From Gemmatimonadota bacterium (lineage in GTDB: Bacteria > Gemmatimonadota > Gemmatimonadetes > Gemmatimonadales > GWC2-71-9), in assembly GCA_036679605.1 (NCBI GenBank), contig JAZDCZ010000254.1, forward strand, positions 64,001 to 128,000: DNA of 64,000 nt. Reading direction: 5' to 3'. Within the stretch, counting starts at the first letter, position 1. Every line of letters begins with the position of its first letter. The notes below the pieces were generated by a model. That model saw only the letters and a program-made list of their open reading frames with translations, had not been told where the DNA came from and ran no database searches. Positions 8,522 to 19,014 of the stretch are shown one piece after another. Position numbers and translations under genes: made by a program.

Positions 8522-11424
8522 TGCGAGTTCGGGCGAGGCATGCCTTGCCCTGTACTACCTCCGCTCACAGGCCGTGTCTTCTCTTCGACCGGCTCTAGCC
8601 CTAGAGTTTTTCCTTTGTCCACTGCCGGCACACCTTCCGCGAGCCACACAGGAGCCGGCGCGTCCTTCAGGTAGTGATCGAAGAACTGCTGCATCCGCAT
8701 CGCCCAGTCCTTCTTGTTCTGATATTTCCTGAGCCCGTGCGGCTCTCCATTGTAATTCAACAGCCAAACCGGCTTGCCGAGCCTCCGCAGAGCAACGAAG
8801 AACTCGATGCCCTGGTACCACGGCACCGCGGTATCCTTGTCGTTATGCATCATGAGCACCGGAGTTTCGATCTTGTCCGCCCAGAAGAGCGGTGAGTTTT
8901 CGATGTAACGCGGCCTCGCCTCCCAGAGAGAGCCGCCTAGACGACTCTGGGTGCGCTCATACTGGAACATGCGGCTCATTCCACTGCCCCATCTGATTCC
9001 GCCATAGGCGCTGGTCATGTTGGCGACTGGCGCTCCAGCCTCGGCGGCCGTGAATATGTTGGTGCGGGTAACGAGGTAAGCGATCTGATACCCTCCCCAA
9101 CTATGCCCCTGTACACCTATGCGCTCGGGATCGACAAACCCCTGGTCGACAACACTCAAGACACCGGGAACCACACAGTTGAGCGCGCTCTCGCCGGGAT
9201 AGCCGTCCCGATAGTGGATATCCGGAATAAACACGACGTAGCCGCGACTCACATAGAAGCTGATGTTGATGCTCGAGCTGCCCGCTATGGGACCGCGGTA
9301 CCTGTGCAGCGTATTCGACATCTTCTCATAGAAATAAACCATCATCGGGTATTTCTTGGATGGATCGAAATCGTCGGGCTTGAAGAGAATGCCATCGAGC
9401 GGCAAACCATCGGTGGAGTTCCAGTGCACCAACTCGGCCGCGCCCCAGAGGTACTCCGACTGTTGCGGATTGGCATCGCTGATCTGATGCATATCGGCGA
9501 ACGACTGGTCCGTGACCCAAAGGTTGGGAAACTCCTCAAAGCTCTGCCTGGTCAACATCAGGGCATCTGAATCGTCGGCTCTGCGTGGGAAGCCGAAGGA
9601 CCGATCCATCATGACCAACCGCTTCGGAGGTCGGTTACCTCGCACCCTGTCTCTATAGAATCCGGCATCTTTGGAGCCGAGATGCAACGCGCGCAACAAC
9701 ATCGGATCTCGTTCGGAGATCGATTCCTCGTCAGGATCCAGCCGCACGTATCGGAACTGCACGTTCTGATCACGTCCGACCCCTTCGGTCACGTTCCGCG
9801 GCGCCGCACGACCCCTCGGATCAACGGCCCAAATGTCGTGCTTGTCGTAGACGAGGAACTGCTTGTCATCGTCCGTCCAACCCGCATTCCCGTAGGAGTT
9901 CGGGATCATCGGCCGGTCTGCAAGCGCGTCGTCAACCCGATAGGGGATCTGACCCGTGAGGTTCACCGGTTCGCCCCCGGCTACCGCGCGAGCGAACCAG
10001 GCCAACTCATGACCGTCCCACCACGTGATGAAATCTCCGTCAGGAGAGAGGCTGGCTCTGCCTTGCAGCTTCTCTGCGACCAGATCGTTCTCACCGGTTT
10101 CGACATTCACTACATAGACTTCGTTGTATCGCGGCGAATCCCACGAGATTTGCTGTCGGTAGCGAAAGTTGGTTACGGCGAGCCCGACGTCCGCATCGCC
10201 CTCACTTGCAATCGTAACGGTCGGCATGTGCACATGAGCCAACTGTACGATCCGCATGTCGCCGAGGTGGACGACCGCCCGATAGCTTCGCTTTAGTTCA
10301 TCATCACGCTGAAGCAGCTGCATGGGCTGAAGTAAAGGGTCCTGCCAGTTCCAGACGTCGACTTCGACCTTCTCGTACTCCGGCGTTTCTTCATCGGGTT
10401 TTGGATCTGGCCGTGGAGCCGTCCCAAAAAACAGTCGTCTACCGTTGTCGGAGAACGACGGCGCTCCGTTCTCACTCACCCACCAGTCATCCTCGATTCC
10501 GGGGCTGCTCTCGGTTGCGGCTGCGCTCGCCGAGTCGCTGTCGTCGCGCCAGCGATACAGGGTAAACGACGGCTGATCGGCGCTGTAGTCATCCCGGTTC
10601 GACAAAAAGGCCGCCTGCTTACCTTCGGTATCTAACGTGGGGGATTTGTAGACGCCCTCGCCTGAGAGTAGGGTCGATATCGAACCCTCAGAGACTTTCA
10701 CCACGTATACACCGTCCGCAGTGCCGTCTTTGCTCGACGCAGCATAGACCAAACTCTTGCCGTTCTCGGAGAACTCATACTCAGTGGCGCTCTCGAATTT
10801 CTGTTCGGCGCCCGAAGCCAGGTTCCGCAATACCAGGACAGTGCCTTCCTTCTTTTCGGATTTCTTCTTCTTGGCCTTTTCCTCCTCAGTACCCTCTTCA
10901 GCGGCTTCTTCCTCTTTCTTTTCCTCGGAGTTCTTGACGCTGTCTTTCTTCGCCTCGACCTTCTCGAGAAGGTAGGCAACCCACCCGCCGGCTTCTTCCG
11001 GCAGCTTGAACGACTTGACACGCTCGATGCGCGTCACCTCGCCCGTGGCAAGATCCAGCACGCCGAGTGAGTCCTTGGGCTGCTGATCGGGCTTCTTCTT
11101 TTCCTTCTTGGCCTCGCGCACCAGCGCCAACTCAGGCTTGATGGAAAACACCACGAACCTGCTGTCGTCGGTAAAGCGTGCCGCACGGCCCCTTGGGACC
11201 ACATACGATGCGTCAGTGTTCGCACCGGTGACGTGTAGCTGGGCGTCTCCTTCCTGTGGAACCAGCGAGTAGAGAACCCACGCTCCATTGCCTGCGATCC
11301 GCTGTTCCTGGATCCGGTTCCAGTCGTCGTAAACGCTATGATCGAGGGGCCGTTTGGCCTGCGCCCAAGCCAGGCTGGGAAGCGTAATAACGGCTGTCGC
11401 TACGAAGATGATTGTACGGTGCAT
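8518..11424 (-). CDS. Secreted S9 family (prolyl oligopeptidase/acylaminoacyl) peptidase
   Basis: GHSWGG nucleophile, HNDKDTAVP, GEPHGL; signal peptide from MHRTIIF (11424). Confidence 0.92.
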   Translation of the reverse strand: MHRTIIFVATAVITLPSLAWAQAKRPLDHSVYDDWNRIQEQRIAGNGAWVLYSLVPQEGDAQLHVTGANTDASYVVPRGRAARFTDDSRFVVFSIKPELALVREAKKEKKKPDQQPKDSLGVLDLATGEVTRIERVKSFKLPEEAGGWVAYLLEKVEAKKDSVKNSEEKKEEEAAEEGTEEEKAKKKKSEKKEGTVLVLRNLASGAEQKFESATEYEFSENGKSLVYAASSKDGTADGVYVVKVSEGSISTLLSGEGVYKSPTLDTEGKQAAFLSNRDDYSADQPSFTLYRWRDDSDSASAAATESSPGIEDDWWVSENGAPSFSDNGRRLFFGTAPRPDPKPDEETPEYEKVEVDVWNWQDPLLQPMQLLQRDDELKRSYRAVVHLGDMRIVQLAHVHMPTVTIASEGDADVGLAVTNFRYRQQISWDSPRYNEVYVVNVETGENDLVAEKLQGRASLSPDGDFITWWDGHELAWFARAVAGGEPVNLTGQIPYRVDDALADRPMIPNSYGNAGWTDDDKQFLVYDKHDIWAVDPRGRAAPRNVTEGVGRDQNVQFRYVRLDPDEESISERDPMLLRALHLGSKDAGFYRDRVRGNRPPKRLVMMDRSFGFPRRADDSDALMLTRQSFEEFPNLWVTDQSFADMHQISDANPQQSEYLWGAAELVHWNSTDGLPLDGILFKPDDFDPSKKYPMMVYFYEKMSNTLHRYRGPIAGSSSINISFYVSRGYVVFIPDIHYRDGYPGESALNCVVPGVLSVVDQGFVDPERIGVQGHSWGGYQIAYLVTRTNIFTAAEAGAPVANMTSAYGGIRWGSGMSRMFQYERTQSRLGGSLWEARPRYIENSPLFWADKIETPVLMMHNDKDTAVPWYQGIEFFVALRRLGKPVWLLNYNGEPHGLRKYQNKKDWAMRMQQFFDHYLKDAPAPVWLAEGVPAVDKGKTLGLEPVEEKTRPVSGGSTGQGMPRPNSH

Positions 11425-11572
11425 GGAGTTCTCCCTACTGCATGTATTGGTGTCGCTAACCCGTTCCTCCGCCCTACCGGTACTGCCCAAGCTACTCGCC
11501 ATCCCCCACACACTCAACCTGACAACACGGATCTAGCAACGACTAGTTCCCAAATCTATTTATCTTGTCTAG

Positions 11573-12484
11573 ATGACTTCACTTCTTCGCACCTTGTTGT
11601 TAGTCCTATGCCTTGGAGCCTGGGCCAATCCAAGCGACAAATCGCCGGCGCCGACCGAGCTGACTTGGACGCCCGTACAGCCGAGCCAAGGCGAGTTCAT
11701 ACACCTCGAGATCCGGCCACCAGAGGAGTCGCAAGCGGCCGGTAGGATCGCGGTCCGCGGCTATCTTGCCGGGCAGCCGCTCCACTTCGAGCGGGGTCGA
11801 GAAGGAGGGTTTCATGCCCTCGCCGGCGTTCCGGTCAACGCCGGCGACAGCGTCAAGCTGACATACATGATCGAACGCAGCGGACAAATAGTCGAGCGGG
11901 GAGTAACCCAGATCCCTGTAGAGCGACGGGTGTTTTCCGTGGCCCAACTCTCAGTAGACCCCCGTTTCGTAGAACCGCCGGACTCGGCGCTTGCAGTCCG
12001 CATTGCACGGGAGAATAGATCCGCCGGCGCGGTCTCTCGGCGCTCGCATAGCACTCCACGACTGTGGCTCGGCGAGTTCGCACTGCCGCGTGATTCCCGG
12101 ATTACCAGCGAGTATGGTCAGCGGCGCGAGTTCAACGGGGAACTGCGCAACAGACACATGGGTCTCGATCTGGCAGGCGACTTCGGCTCGACCGTACTGG
12201 CCGCCAATCGCGGTGTGGTAGCACTCATCGGAGAGTTCTACTACGCCGGCAACGTCATATACGTCGATCACGGCCGGGGCCTGGTGACAGCCTATCTCCA
12301 CATGAGCGAAATCGAGGTAGCCGTCGGTGACACCGTGCGGCAGGGCCAAGAAATCGGGAAGGTAGGTGCTTCTGGTCGTGTGACCGGTCCGCACCTGCAC
12401 TGGATCGCCCGCTACGGATCGATAACCGTAAATCCGCTCAGTCTATTCAAACTGGAATTGGATGAGTGGGATGGTGGAGGGTAG
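11573..12484 (+). CDS. M23 family metallopeptidase
   Basis: HMGLD, YLHMS and TGPHLHW motifs; signal peptide. Confidence 0.9.
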   Translation: MTSLLRTLLLVLCLGAWANPSDKSPAPTELTWTPVQPSQGEFIHLEIRPPEESQAAGRIAVRGYLAGQPLHFERGREGGFHALAGVPVNAGDSVKLTYMIERSGQIVERGVTQIPVERRVFSVAQLSVDPRFVEPPDSALAVRIARENRSAGAVSRRSHSTPRLWLGEFALPRDSRITSEYGQRREFNGELRNRHMGLDLAGDFGSTVLAANRGVVALIGEFYYAGNVIYVDHGRGLVTAYLHMSEIEVAVGDTVRQGQEIGKVGASGRVTGPHLHWIARYGSITVNPLSLFKLELDEWDGGG

Positions 12485-12543
12485 GAGAGTTGTGAGTATT
12501 AGGTGCCAGCGTGTGATCAGTAGGGGCCGGCGTGTGAACAGTT

Positions 12544-12568
12544 GGGGCGACGCATGCGTCGCCCCTAC
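12544..12568 (-). repeat. GTAG-family REP-like palindrome GTAGGGGCGACGCATGCGTCGCCCC
   Basis: Perfect 22-bp palindrome (12544-12565) with a GTAG foot, between convergent genes. Confidence 0.7.
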
Positions 12569-12572
12569 TGAT

Positions 12573-13433
12573 TCACGGTTGCAGGTGCTTATAAAGCACT
12601 CGAATCATCCGGTACGCCTCCGGATAGGTGTCGGCTGAAAAACCGACGGTGTTGGCATCTACGCGATCCACACCCACGATCCCCTCGGCCACATCCGCAC
12701 TGACCGACGATCGGTATTCCAATTCGACCCTGAACGGGCTAGTCACCGATGGCTGCCTTGGCGGATTTTCACGTAGAGCCCGCTCGACACCACGCGCTAT
12801 GGCTGCGTGTGCCGAATCGGGTGACAAGGTGCGCACGGCCCGGTCCCAAATGCCGACCTTCACGCTCACCCCGCCCACACCCGGCACCAACTCACGCTGC
12901 TGTTTCACCGACAGGCTATCACCGCTGATAAACACCACCGGGACACCGTACCAGGCAGCGTACAATGAGTTCATGCCACTCTCGCCCACCGACGTGCCGT
13001 TGATGCGCAGGTCAGCCACGCGGCCCGAGCCCGTGTGCGCTGCGAATCCTCCAGCGCTCCCGGCCTTGCCGTGATAGCCGATGAAGAGGACCGCAGCAAA
13101 CGAGCTATCCAACCCTTGCATCATGCCGTACGGTTTCAAGTCACCGCGATACAGCACGACGCGCGAATCCAATCGGTCTTGCAAGAGATTCTGATGCGAC
13201 CCATGCGCATCGTTCACCACTACTCGCGTCGCTCCCGCGGCAAACGCACCGGCTACCGCAGCGTTCACCTCGCCTGTCATGAGAGCACGCCCCATCCCGT
13301 CATTGGTTGCACTGAGGCCCGCGACACCCTCCATATCTGCCGAGATGTATACGGCCATCTCGCGGCTCTGGCCCTGCAGTAGCAAGACCGAACTCACCAA
13401 ACTAATAAAAAGTGGAAATATCGATCGCGTCAT
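12573..13433 (-). CDS. M55 family D-aminopeptidase (DppA-like)
   Basis: YISADMEG, VVVNDAHG, FIGYHGKAG, AHT, VGE, ISGD motifs. Confidence 0.9.
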   Translation of the reverse strand: MTRSIFPLFISLVSSVLLLQGQSREMAVYISADMEGVAGLSATNDGMGRALMTGEVNAAVAGAFAAGATRVVVNDAHGSHQNLLQDRLDSRVVLYRGDLKPYGMMQGLDSSFAAVLFIGYHGKAGSAGGFAAHTGSGRVADLRINGTSVGESGMNSLYAAWYGVPVVFISGDSLSVKQQRELVPGVGGVSVKVGIWDRAVRTLSPDSAHAAIARGVERALRENPPRQPSVTSPFRVELEYRSSVSADVAEGIVGVDRVDANTVGFSADTYPEAYRMIRVLYKHLQP

Positions 13434-13448
13434 TGTTTGACCTCTCCT

Positions 13449-14063
13449 TTAAACCACGGGATTGCTCAGCACTCCGACCCCCGGAATCTCCACTGCCACT
13501 ATATCTCCAGCCTCGAGCGGCCCCACGCCCGCCGGTGTGCCGGTAGCGATCAGGTCGCCCTCTTCCAACGTCATGATATGCGAGATGTAGGAAATGATTC
13601 GAGCCAAGTCGAACGCCATCTCCGAAGCGCGGCCTCGTTGGCGTTCTACACCATTCACGCGACAGATCACCTCAAGTTCGTCCATCGACACCAGATCGCC
13701 GAGCGGCACCACTCGCGGACCGACCGGACAGAACGTGTCGAACCCCTTGGCGCGAGTCCACTGGTCGTCCCTCCGCTGTAGATCTCTTGCAGTAACGTCA
13801 TTTACACAAGTGACGCCGGCAACACCCGCCAGAGCCTCCCCTTCCCCAACCGCACGCAACCGGCGGCCGATAACCAGCCCGATCTCTCCTTCGTGTTCGA
13901 CCCGATGCGACGCGCGCGCCAAGACGATGGCCTCGCCCGGCCCGATCACCGCCGACGGCGGCTTGAGGAATATGAGAGGCTCCTCCGGGACCGTATTGCC
14001 GAGTTCCGCGGCGTGGTCGAAGTAGTTGCGGCCAATGCACACGATCTTGCCAGGACGTTGCAC
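13449..14063 (-). CDS. Fumarylacetoacetate hydrolase family protein
   Basis: [47 protein letters not shown]. Confidence 0.93.
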   Translation of the reverse strand: MQRPGKIVCIGRNYFDHAAELGNTVPEEPLIFLKPPSAVIGPGEAIVLARASHRVEHEGEIGLVIGRRLRAVGEGEALAGVAGVTCVNDVTARDLQRRDDQWTRAKGFDTFCPVGPRVVPLGDLVSMDELEVICRVNGVERQRGRASEMAFDLARIISYISHIMTLEEGDLIATGTPAGVGPLEAGDIVAVEIPGVGVLSNPVV

Positions 14064-14078
14064 GGATTTCCACCTCCG

Positions 14079-14777
14079 TCAGTCTGATGAATCCGGCGTC
14101 ATCGAATCCAGAACCGGATACAATATTCGCCACACATTCGCGGCTAGTATTCTGTGCCCCGCTGCGGTGGGGTGGATCCCATCGGCCTGATTCAGCTCCT
14201 CGACTCCACCTACACCGTCCAATAGGAACGGAACTAGTGCCACATCGTTGGCTTGTGCAAGATCGACAAAGACCTTGCGGAAATCACCCGTGTAGTCCCG
14301 CCCCATATTCGGAAGCGCCTCCATTCCGACAATCACGATTTTCGCTTTCGGGTATTCTGCCTTGGTCCGATCGACAATGGCTTGCAGGTTGTTCGAGAGT
14401 GCCGCGATACTCTGACCGCGGAGTCCGTCGTTAGCACCAAGCTCCAGGACCAACACGGAAACAGGCTGGCGCAAAAGCCAATCGATTCTGCTCAGTCCTC
14501 CTGCCGACGTGCCGCCGCTCTCGCCGGCATTGACCACGCGATAAGACAGTCCGAGCGAATCGATCATCTGTTGAAGCAGCGACGGATACGCCTGCTCTAC
14601 CTCCACGCCCAGGCCCGCGGTCAAGCTCGTTCCCAAGAAGAGGATCGCTTGCCTACTATCCGTTGCCCGGGTCGCGGACACCGCCGGTACAGATTCCGGT
14701 CGATCTGAATCCGGAGATCCGCATGCAACCGCACTCGCCAGCGCAATCGATATTGGTAGTATCTTGTTATTCACCAT
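14079..14777 (-). CDS. tesA: Arylesterase/acyl-CoA thioesterase I (SGNH), probable lipoprotein
   Basis: FLGTSLTAG, NAGESG, ELGANDGLRG, DGIHP; lipobox AVAC. The track ORF is over-extended to 14957; exact start uncertain (14774-14783). Confidence 0.88.
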   Translation of the reverse strand: MVNNKILPISIALASAVACGSPDSDRPESVPAVSATRATDSRQAILFLGTSLTAGLGVEVEQAYPSLLQQMIDSLGLSYRVVNAGESGGTSAGGLSRIDWLLRQPVSVLVLELGANDGLRGQSIAALSNNLQAIVDRTKAEYPKAKIVIVGMEALPNMGRDYTGDFRKVFVDLAQANDVALVPFLLDGVGGVEELNQADGIHPTAAGHRILAANVWRILYPVLDSMTPDSSD

Positions 14778-15474
14778 GATCATAGCTGACAATCTCGCGC
14801 AAACGTACACCAGCGGCGGCAAGCCTCTCAAGGTTCTGTCCGGCGTGTCTCTCACGGTCGAGCCGGAAGGGTTCATAGCCATAGTAGGCCCCTCCGGCAG
14901 TGGCAAGACCACACTCCTCGGGCTGCTGGCCGGACTCGACCAGCCTACCTCCGGCACCGTCGCCCTGGATGGTCAAGATTTGGGCCTCCTCACAGAAGAC
15001 GAGCGTGCCAGGTTCCGGGCCGAAAAGGTCGGATTCGTATTCCAAAACTTCCAGTTGATCCCCACGCTGACCGCGCTCGAAAACGTCCTCGTACCTGTTG
15101 AGCTACGCCGGTCGCTCGACCATCAGGGTGATGGAGATGCGACGGAGCGAGCCCAAAACCTACTCGATCGCGTGGGGCTGGGCGACCGCGAGAGTCACTA
15201 TCCTTCTCAGTTGTCAGGTGGCGAACAGCAACGTGTGGCTGTCGCGCGGGCGTTTGCCAATCAACCTCGCATATTATTCGCGGACGAGCCGACCGGCAAT
15301 CTGGACGCCGAGACGGGACAACGCGTGATCGACCTGCTCGTCCGTCTCAACGCCGAAGAGAAAACAACCCTGGTGCTCGTCACGCACGACACAGAATTGG
15401 CGGCCCGCGCCACACGCATTGTAAGGCTTGCCGGTGGCCGCATCGTCTCCGACCGCGCCGAGGACGGATTATGA
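14776..15474 (+). CDS. ybbA: ABC transporter ATP-binding protein (YbbA-like)
   Basis: GPSGSGKTT, LSGGEQQR, FADEPTGNLD; tesA-ybbA-ybbP synteny. Confidence 0.9.
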   Translation: MIIADNLAQTYTSGGKPLKVLSGVSLTVEPEGFIAIVGPSGSGKTTLLGLLAGLDQPTSGTVALDGQDLGLLTEDERARFRAEKVGFVFQNFQLIPTLTALENVLVPVELRRSLDHQGDGDATERAQNLLDRVGLGDRESHYPSQLSGGEQQRVAVARAFANQPRILFADEPTGNLDAETGQRVIDLLVRLNAEEKTTLVLVTHDTELAARATRIVRLAGGRIVSDRAEDGL

Positions 15475-18029
15475 AACTGCCGTTCGCTTTGGTCATGGCC
15501 TTGCGTGAAACCCGCTCCAGTAGGCGGCGCCTCGGTCTCTACACCGGGGCGATCGGACTGGGTGTTGCTGCGCTGGTATCGATCAATTCCTTCAGAGCCA
15601 ATGTCGCAACCGCCATCAACAACGAATCCCGCAACTTGCTCGGTGCAGATCTGGAACTCCGCAGCCGTAGGCCGTTCTCCGACGAAACCCAACTGGTGCT
15701 GGACTCGACGGAAGTGGATGGACTTGCGGTCTCGTACGTGACCACGTTCAACTCGATGGTCCTTTCGAAGCGAACCGGCCTAACGCGCTTCATCGAAGTA
15801 AGAGGAATCGAGGGACCGTATCCCTACTACGGTCAGGTAGTAACCGAGCCACCGGGACGCTGGGGAACAATGGGCAATCGACACTGGATCGTCGTGGACC
15901 CCGCGGTAATGGTCCAGCTGAACACCATACGAGGTGACACGGTGTCGTTGGGGGACGCCAAATTCGTCTTGGACGCATCGGTTGTCAAAGTTCCGGGAGA
16001 CATCGGATTCCGCAGCGTTTTCGCACCGCGCATTTACGTTCCCGCCAAGTACTTGGACGAGACCGGGCTGCTCGGGTTCGGCACGAGGACCAGCTACCGG
16101 GCCTACCTGAAATTCACTGACGACCGGAGCCTCAATGACTTCCTGGAGTCGCACCTCACGCTCCTACGCAGTGAGGGTATCGGATACGATACGGCCTCGG
16201 AGCGTCAGGAAGATATTGCCCGGTCGTTGGACCTGCTCACCCGATTCCTCGGAATGGTTGGTCTCATCGCGCTGCTGCTGGGTGGCATCGGTGTGGCAAG
16301 TGCTATTCACGTTTTCATCAAGGAGAAACTCCCGACCGTCGCAATACTGCGCTGCCTCGGCACAAGGCAATCGACCATTCTGGCAATCTACGTAGCTCAA
16401 GCCGCCTTGACCGGATTAGTCGGCGCAATCGCGGGTGCTATGCTCGGTGTACTAGTGCAAGTCAATCTGCCCACCGTATTGGCCGATTTCCTGCCCCTGG
16501 AGGTACCGACGTTTATTGAGTGGCCTACCGTGCTTGCCGGGTTGGGCATAGGCGTGTGGGCGTCGGTAGCATTTGCACTGCTTCCGCTCCTAACCGTGCG
16601 GAACGTTTCGCCATTGCAAGCACTCCGCAGTGATGTGGAACAATCTCCGCCTCGCAGCCGCGCTCGATACTGGATCTACTTGGCGTTAGTCATAACGGTG
16701 TTTGCCTTGAGCCTGTGGCAAGCCCCGGAGTTGCAAGTGGGCGCGGCGTTTGCCGGAGCAATCATTGGCGCAACCGGCTTGCTCTGGGTTGCGGCTTGGA
16801 TCATGATGAAAATGATACGGCGTTTGCTCCGACGACGCCTCACATACATTGTTCGCCAAGGAGTGGCCAACCTTTATCGACCCCACAACCAAACCATTGC
16901 AGTGACCCTTGCGGTGGGGTTCGGCGTCTTCTTGATCACCTCGCTCTACGTTGTGCAGAACAACCTCATCTCGCAGTTGTCGGTGGACGAGTCTTCTGAT
17001 GCGCCAAGTCTCGTGCTGTTCGATATCCAAAAAAGTCAAAAGGACAGTGTCGAGCGGATTATTGCTGCCAACGGGATGCCGGTGCTGGGCGTCACTGCAA
17101 TCGCGCCCGCCAGAATCTCGCACCTGAACGGCAGGCCCGTGCCTGAACTGCTCACCGACACCACATCTCCTCGAAGAAACCGTTGGCCGCTGACTCGGGA
17201 GTACCGCAACACCTATCGTGACTCCCTCTTGCCATCGGAGCAGATCGTCTCGGGAAGCTGGTGGGATCCGGATGATCCCTTGGCAGGAACTCCACGTAGC
17301 GAACGAATCGCTAGAATATCGCTTGAGGACGACCTGGCTTCTCGACTCAGGGTCAGCGTCGGAGATCACATCACTTGGGATCTTCAAGGAGTCCCCATTG
17401 AGACTGAGATAGCAAGTCTGCGCACAGTCGACTGGGCGCAGCTCAATCTCAACTTTTTCGCCGTCTTCGAACCCGGCGCGATAGATGATGCACCACAGAC
17501 ATTCGTTGCCCTCACGGGAGACGAAAGCGCCTTGCGGCGTGCAGAACTGCAGCGTGACATCGTGGTGGCGTTTCCCAACGTGTCAGCGGTGGACCTCACG
17601 TTGCTACAGGAAACCGTCAACAAGATTGTCGGAAGCGTCACATTTGCGATCCGGTTCATGGCAGTGTTCAGCATCGCAAGCGGGCTCATTGTCTTGTTTG
17701 GTGCGGTCGCCACATCGCGGTTCCAGCGCATCCGAGAGAGCGTGTTACTGAGAACGCTGGGAGCCGAGCGCCGTCAAATAATGCTTATGCTCTTTACGGA
17801 GTACAGTGCGCTGGGATTGCTGTCGGGCGTCACCGGAACGGTGCTCGGAACCGCTGCAGGATGGGCGCTAATTACCTATCTCTTCGAGATGTCATTCGAA
17901 ACACCTCCCGTAGCACTGCTCGCTTTCTGCTTAGGAACTGTAGCGATCACGATAATGGTCGGGCTGGGTGCCAGCCGAGAGGTGGTCAACCGACCACCGC
18001 TGGCTGTTATCAGGCAGATGGCGCAGTAG
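15471..18029 (+). CDS. ybbP: ABC transporter permease (YbbP-like)
   Basis: LLGADL, two FtsX-like halves, LRTVDW..LNLNFF; coupled to ybbA. Confidence 0.88.
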   Translation: MKLPFALVMALRETRSSRRRLGLYTGAIGLGVAALVSINSFRANVATAINNESRNLLGADLELRSRRPFSDETQLVLDSTEVDGLAVSYVTTFNSMVLSKRTGLTRFIEVRGIEGPYPYYGQVVTEPPGRWGTMGNRHWIVVDPAVMVQLNTIRGDTVSLGDAKFVLDASVVKVPGDIGFRSVFAPRIYVPAKYLDETGLLGFGTRTSYRAYLKFTDDRSLNDFLESHLTLLRSEGIGYDTASERQEDIARSLDLLTRFLGMVGLIALLLGGIGVASAIHVFIKEKLPTVAILRCLGTRQSTILAIYVAQAALTGLVGAIAGAMLGVLVQVNLPTVLADFLPLEVPTFIEWPTVLAGLGIGVWASVAFALLPLLTVRNVSPLQALRSDVEQSPPRSRARYWIYLALVITVFALSLWQAPELQVGAAFAGAIIGATGLLWVAAWIMMKMIRRLLRRRLTYIVRQGVANLYRPHNQTIAVTLAVGFGVFLITSLYVVQNNLISQLSVDESSDAPSLVLFDIQKSQKDSVERIIAANGMPVLGVTAIAPARISHLNGRPVPELLTDTTSPRRNRWPLTREYRNTYRDSLLPSEQIVSGSWWDPDDPLAGTPRSERIARISLEDDLASRLRVSVGDHITWDLQGVPIETEIASLRTVDWAQLNLNFFAVFEPGAIDDAPQTFVALTGDESALRRAELQRDIVVAFPNVSAVDLTLLQETVNKIVGSVTFAIRFMAVFSIASGLIVLFGAVATSRFQRIRESVLLRTLGAERRQIMLMLFTEYSALGLLSGVTGTVLGTAAGWALITYLFEMSFETPPVALLAFCLGTVAITIMVGLGASREVVNRPPLAVIRQMAQ

Positions 18030-18177
18030 CGAACGGTCTTGTAGCGGACCGCATTGCAACTTGTACAGCCCTTCCCACCCACATCTGACCACAGCCTGCG
18101 CAGCCCAATGGCAAACGAACTTCTGACACACGACTCTGGGACTATCCGATCGGCAGGATATAGCACAGATTTAGGCC

Positions 18178-18564
18178 ATGTCTGACTCAAGCAAGAGACT
18201 TGTAGTAGTGGGCGACCGCGTCCTGATAACCCCGGAAGAAGGGGAGGAACGGACGACGGTCGGACTCTACTTGCCACCTACAGCCGTAGATCGCCAGGCT
18301 ATCCAGAGCGGTCGCATCATCGCAACCGGACCGGGAACGCCGCTGCCGGCTCCGAGCGAGTTGGATGAAGAGCCGTGGAAGATAGACGACAAAGTCACCC
18401 GTTACGTACCGATGCAGGCACGGGTAGGTGACTTCGCGCTTTTTTTCCGAAAGGCGGCCGTTGAGATCAGCTTCGAAGACCAGCGGTATCTTGTGGTCTC
18501 CCAAGCCGCGATATTGGTACTCGTCAGATCAAACGATCCGTTGGATGCCTTCAAATCCGTGTGA
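18178..18564 (+). CDS. GroES/Cpn10-family co-chaperonin (no adjacent groEL)
   Basis: VVGDRVLITP.EGEERTTVGLYLP...SGRIIATGPG...RVGD. Confidence 0.82.
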   Translation: MSDSSKRLVVVGDRVLITPEEGEERTTVGLYLPPTAVDRQAIQSGRIIATGPGTPLPAPSELDEEPWKIDDKVTRYVPMQARVGDFALFFRKAAVEISFEDQRYLVVSQAAILVLVRSNDPLDAFKSV

Positions 18565-18573
18565 GCCGCCGTT

Positions 18574-19014
18574 ATGACACCACCTGACGATACTCCCCCG
18601 AAACGCGCTTCCAATCTCATTTTCTTGTGTGTTGCCAACTCAGCACGGAGCCAGATCGCCGAGGCGCTAGCGCGAGTATCTGCCCCTGAGGGGTGGGAGA
18701 TCTTCAGTGCGGGGTCCAACCCCAGACTAATGCACCCTCTCGCGGTCGAAGTAATGAGCGAGATGGACATCGACATCAGCGACCATCGGTCCAAGAGTTT
18801 GGATGACGTACCGTTGGATGACGCCGATGTAGTTGTTACTCTGTGCGCCGAGGAAGTTTGTCCGGCGATTCCGAGTGGTACAGACCACATACAGTGGCAG
18901 TTACTGGATCCGGTCACTCAGGGAGACACGGTCAGACACCAGTTCGATGCTTTCCGTGCGACACGTGATGATCTCAAAACCAGGATCGATAAGTTTTGGA
19001 AAGAAAGGGGCTGA
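18574..19014 (+). CDS. arsC: Arsenate reductase, LMW-PTP fold
   Basis: FLCVANSARSQIAE, SAGS, TLCAEEVCP, DP. Confidence 0.85.
   Translation: MTPPDDTPPKRASNLIFLCVANSARSQIAEALARVSAPEGWEIFSAGSNPRLMHPLAVEVMSEMDIDISDHRSKSLDDVPLDDADVVVTLCAEEVCPAIPSGTDHIQWQLLDPVTQGDTVRHQFDAFRATRDDLKTRIDKFWKERG

Noticed and set aside
10850..10960. Repetitive TTC/TCC-rich tract
   Set aside because: Encodes a Lys/Glu-rich linker inside the S9 peptidase; not an independent repeat element.
12481..12568. Mini-CRISPR
   Set aside because: The units are directly adjacent with no spacers and no cas genes; better explained as a REP cluster.
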